Source of the DNA: the human T2T-CHM13v2.0 reference genome, Homo sapiens
NCBI RefSeq assembly: GCF_009914755.1
Contig: NC_060946.1
Strand: one strand, 5' to 3'
DNA: 64,000 bases
The notes under the pieces are model-generated. The model was not told the DNA's origin, made no database searches, and was given only the letters and a program-made list of their open reading frames with translations. Position numbers and translations under genes: made by a program. Shown here piece after piece: positions 61,044 through 64,000 of this stretch (within the stretch, counting starts at the first letter, position 1; each line of letters starts with the position of its first letter).

Positions 61044-62349
61044 TAGGACTCCTGTCTCTCTCAGGTCTGCTTTCCTCCACGTGGGTTTCTTTCCCAGGAA
61101 TGACCTTTGTACAACATGGAAAAGATGACCATCAGAGATCTAGATTTGCCTTGTCCTTTAACTAGCAGCCCCAGAGGGAAGGGCGTCCATCTTTCCTACC
61201 TATTTCTCCCACAGAAGTCCTGGGAATGGCTCTGCCCAAAGCACCAGCATGGCAGAGGTTCTGCAGTTAGTGTCTGAGAGCCTTAGTGTTTCAGCAATTT
61301 TTTTCACAGCTTCCCTAGGTCACAGAAATACTGAACAGTTCAATTACCAAGTGGCTAGGTCCAAATGGTTTGTGAACCTCTGCAATCCACTCATGGGATA
61401 GGCCGGCTGAGTCAGGCACCCACCTCTGCAAAGGAGGTGCACCCACACTTCCAGGAAGAAAATTATGATGGGCAAAGTATAAAAGATATCCACCATTCCT
61501 CTGTCCTGATGGAACAGCCTTGGCAGGCCTGTGTCTGGTAGATATAAACAGAGTGTGCGCGTGTGATAGGTAGCATATGATCAGCAGAAGAGCTGGCCTG
61601 GGTCTGGGGCTCTGTGGAGCGCATCTGGTTTATTTATAGGTTGCTCGTAACCCAACCTGGATCCTATTAAGTAACCTGTAAAAACAAGCCACACCACCGA
61701 ACATGGAGGTCCAATGCCGATTCATGACCCTGAGAGCTCCATCCTGAGGGGGCGGGCCCGGAACGTGAGTACTGCATTTGGAATGAGGGATGCGGAACCG
61801 TGGGAAGGGACAAATCAGTTGCATTTATCTTTCCTTTTTTGCCCAAAAACCCAATAAACACACCTCTTCCTTGTTTAGTTCCTGTGCTCTGAGGGTGAAT
61901 TGCAGCATGTCTAGAATGAAACTGAGCGGTTGTACTAAACTTGCTGCCTGGCACTGATGTTGCCCAAGGCAGGAAAGCCGGTGAATAGTGTCGCTTTGTA
62001 GGCAGGGGGGCAAGGAGGAGTTTGGCGTGGTTTGTACCAACTTGTCAGCATTGTTTATTGATAACAGTAAGACTGATTTTCTCCTGGTGAGACCCCCAGA
62101 GAGCTGTGCTGCAGAAGCTAGTTATGTAACAGGAATTTGTGTATGTGACCTGTGAAACATAAAAAACCCCAGCCGAGACTCTCTTTTGGGCCCCTTAGTT
62201 CTGTGGTGCTCTGTGCACCTGCCAAGGGTTCTGTATCTGAAAGAGGAAGTGCATTTTGCCATGACCATACAGTAGAGAGGACAATAGAAACCCAAACCGG
62301 CCCTGCCAGACCCCTTGCTGTGAGCTGGCCATAGCTGTGATGCACATCT

Positions 62350-62977
<628 letters not shown>

Positions 62978-63570
62978 TGACTTTAATGTTAGCTGTAGAG
63001 TGCTCCTTTCTCTTCAAGAATCTATAGATTTGTAAGCACTGTCATTTGGAGCCCTATAAATCATTAGCAATAAATCCTGTAACTGGCACTCTTAGTGCAG
63101 TCCCTAAGGTTAAAATGACTCGATTCTGTCTAATTGGGCTGAGAAGGACATAGATGTGTTAGTCTCTAGTTTCTCAAGCTAATCCACATGCCATTCTGCT
63201 GATAGAGGATTCGCATTCAAAATATCTATAGATATTGCCAGATTCTCATGTCTATCAGTAACGTGTGGACAGGCCTTTTGCACTACACTGTCATCAAAAT
63301 TCGAGGTGCTCAATCATTTGCATTTTTGCCGTCTGAGAGGTGAAACATTTGATGTCATTGCCTGCACTTGTACTTGGCAAAATCAAGCATGCCAGGAAGG
63401 GAGTGTAGCTTGCCTATCTCCCTTGGTTTCCTGAGGAGGTTGCCAGAAGTGTAGTGCTCTCAGCAGCCCCTACGGAGTGAAGAATCCATTATTTCAGAGG
63501 AGATCAGAGCAAGCCAGAACTTGTGGTTTTACAATATTTTAGTTTGGGGTCAAGGGTTGATCGGCATTCA

Positions 63571-63944
<374 letters not shown>

Positions 63945-64000
63945 CTACTTACTGCACCATCGCACCCACTTGAGGTTTCAGTGCAGCAAGCCTGACCATG

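Overview
Repeat-dense primate genomic DNA, recognisably the human APOL6 locus (22q12, between MB and APOL5 by established gene order; neither neighbour's coding sequence is visible). The only supportable protein-coding gene is APOL6 (+ strand). It has a non-coding exon 1 ending at 24348, exon 2 at 32105-32201 (ATG at 32152) and exon 3 from 34341, giving a 343-aa CDS ending at 35322. An ISRE+GAS promoter lies at ~24080-24170. The rest is about 30 Alus, L1/L2/MIR fragments, MaLR and ERV1 LTRs, a two-LTR MER41 provirus with its TSD, DNA transposon relics and long purine/TG tracts. Almost all other ORFs in the track are Alu, L1 or low-complexity artefacts. The most interesting observation is that the ~8.8 kb APOL6 '3' UTR' looks like a retained, TE-inflated intron. 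A phase-0 donor at 35175/6 matches a strong phase-0 acceptor at 43531/2, which opens a hidden terminal exon (ELLQEERTMSSTLEGAMGT...) later disrupted by a MER4 LTR that now supplies the poly(A) signal. On this reading the current C-terminus (…WMWLWLCVCLCVCVYVQFT) is exonised intron plus a TG microsatellite. Repeat family names come from recalled consensus sequences and their boundaries are approximate. No database searches were run.
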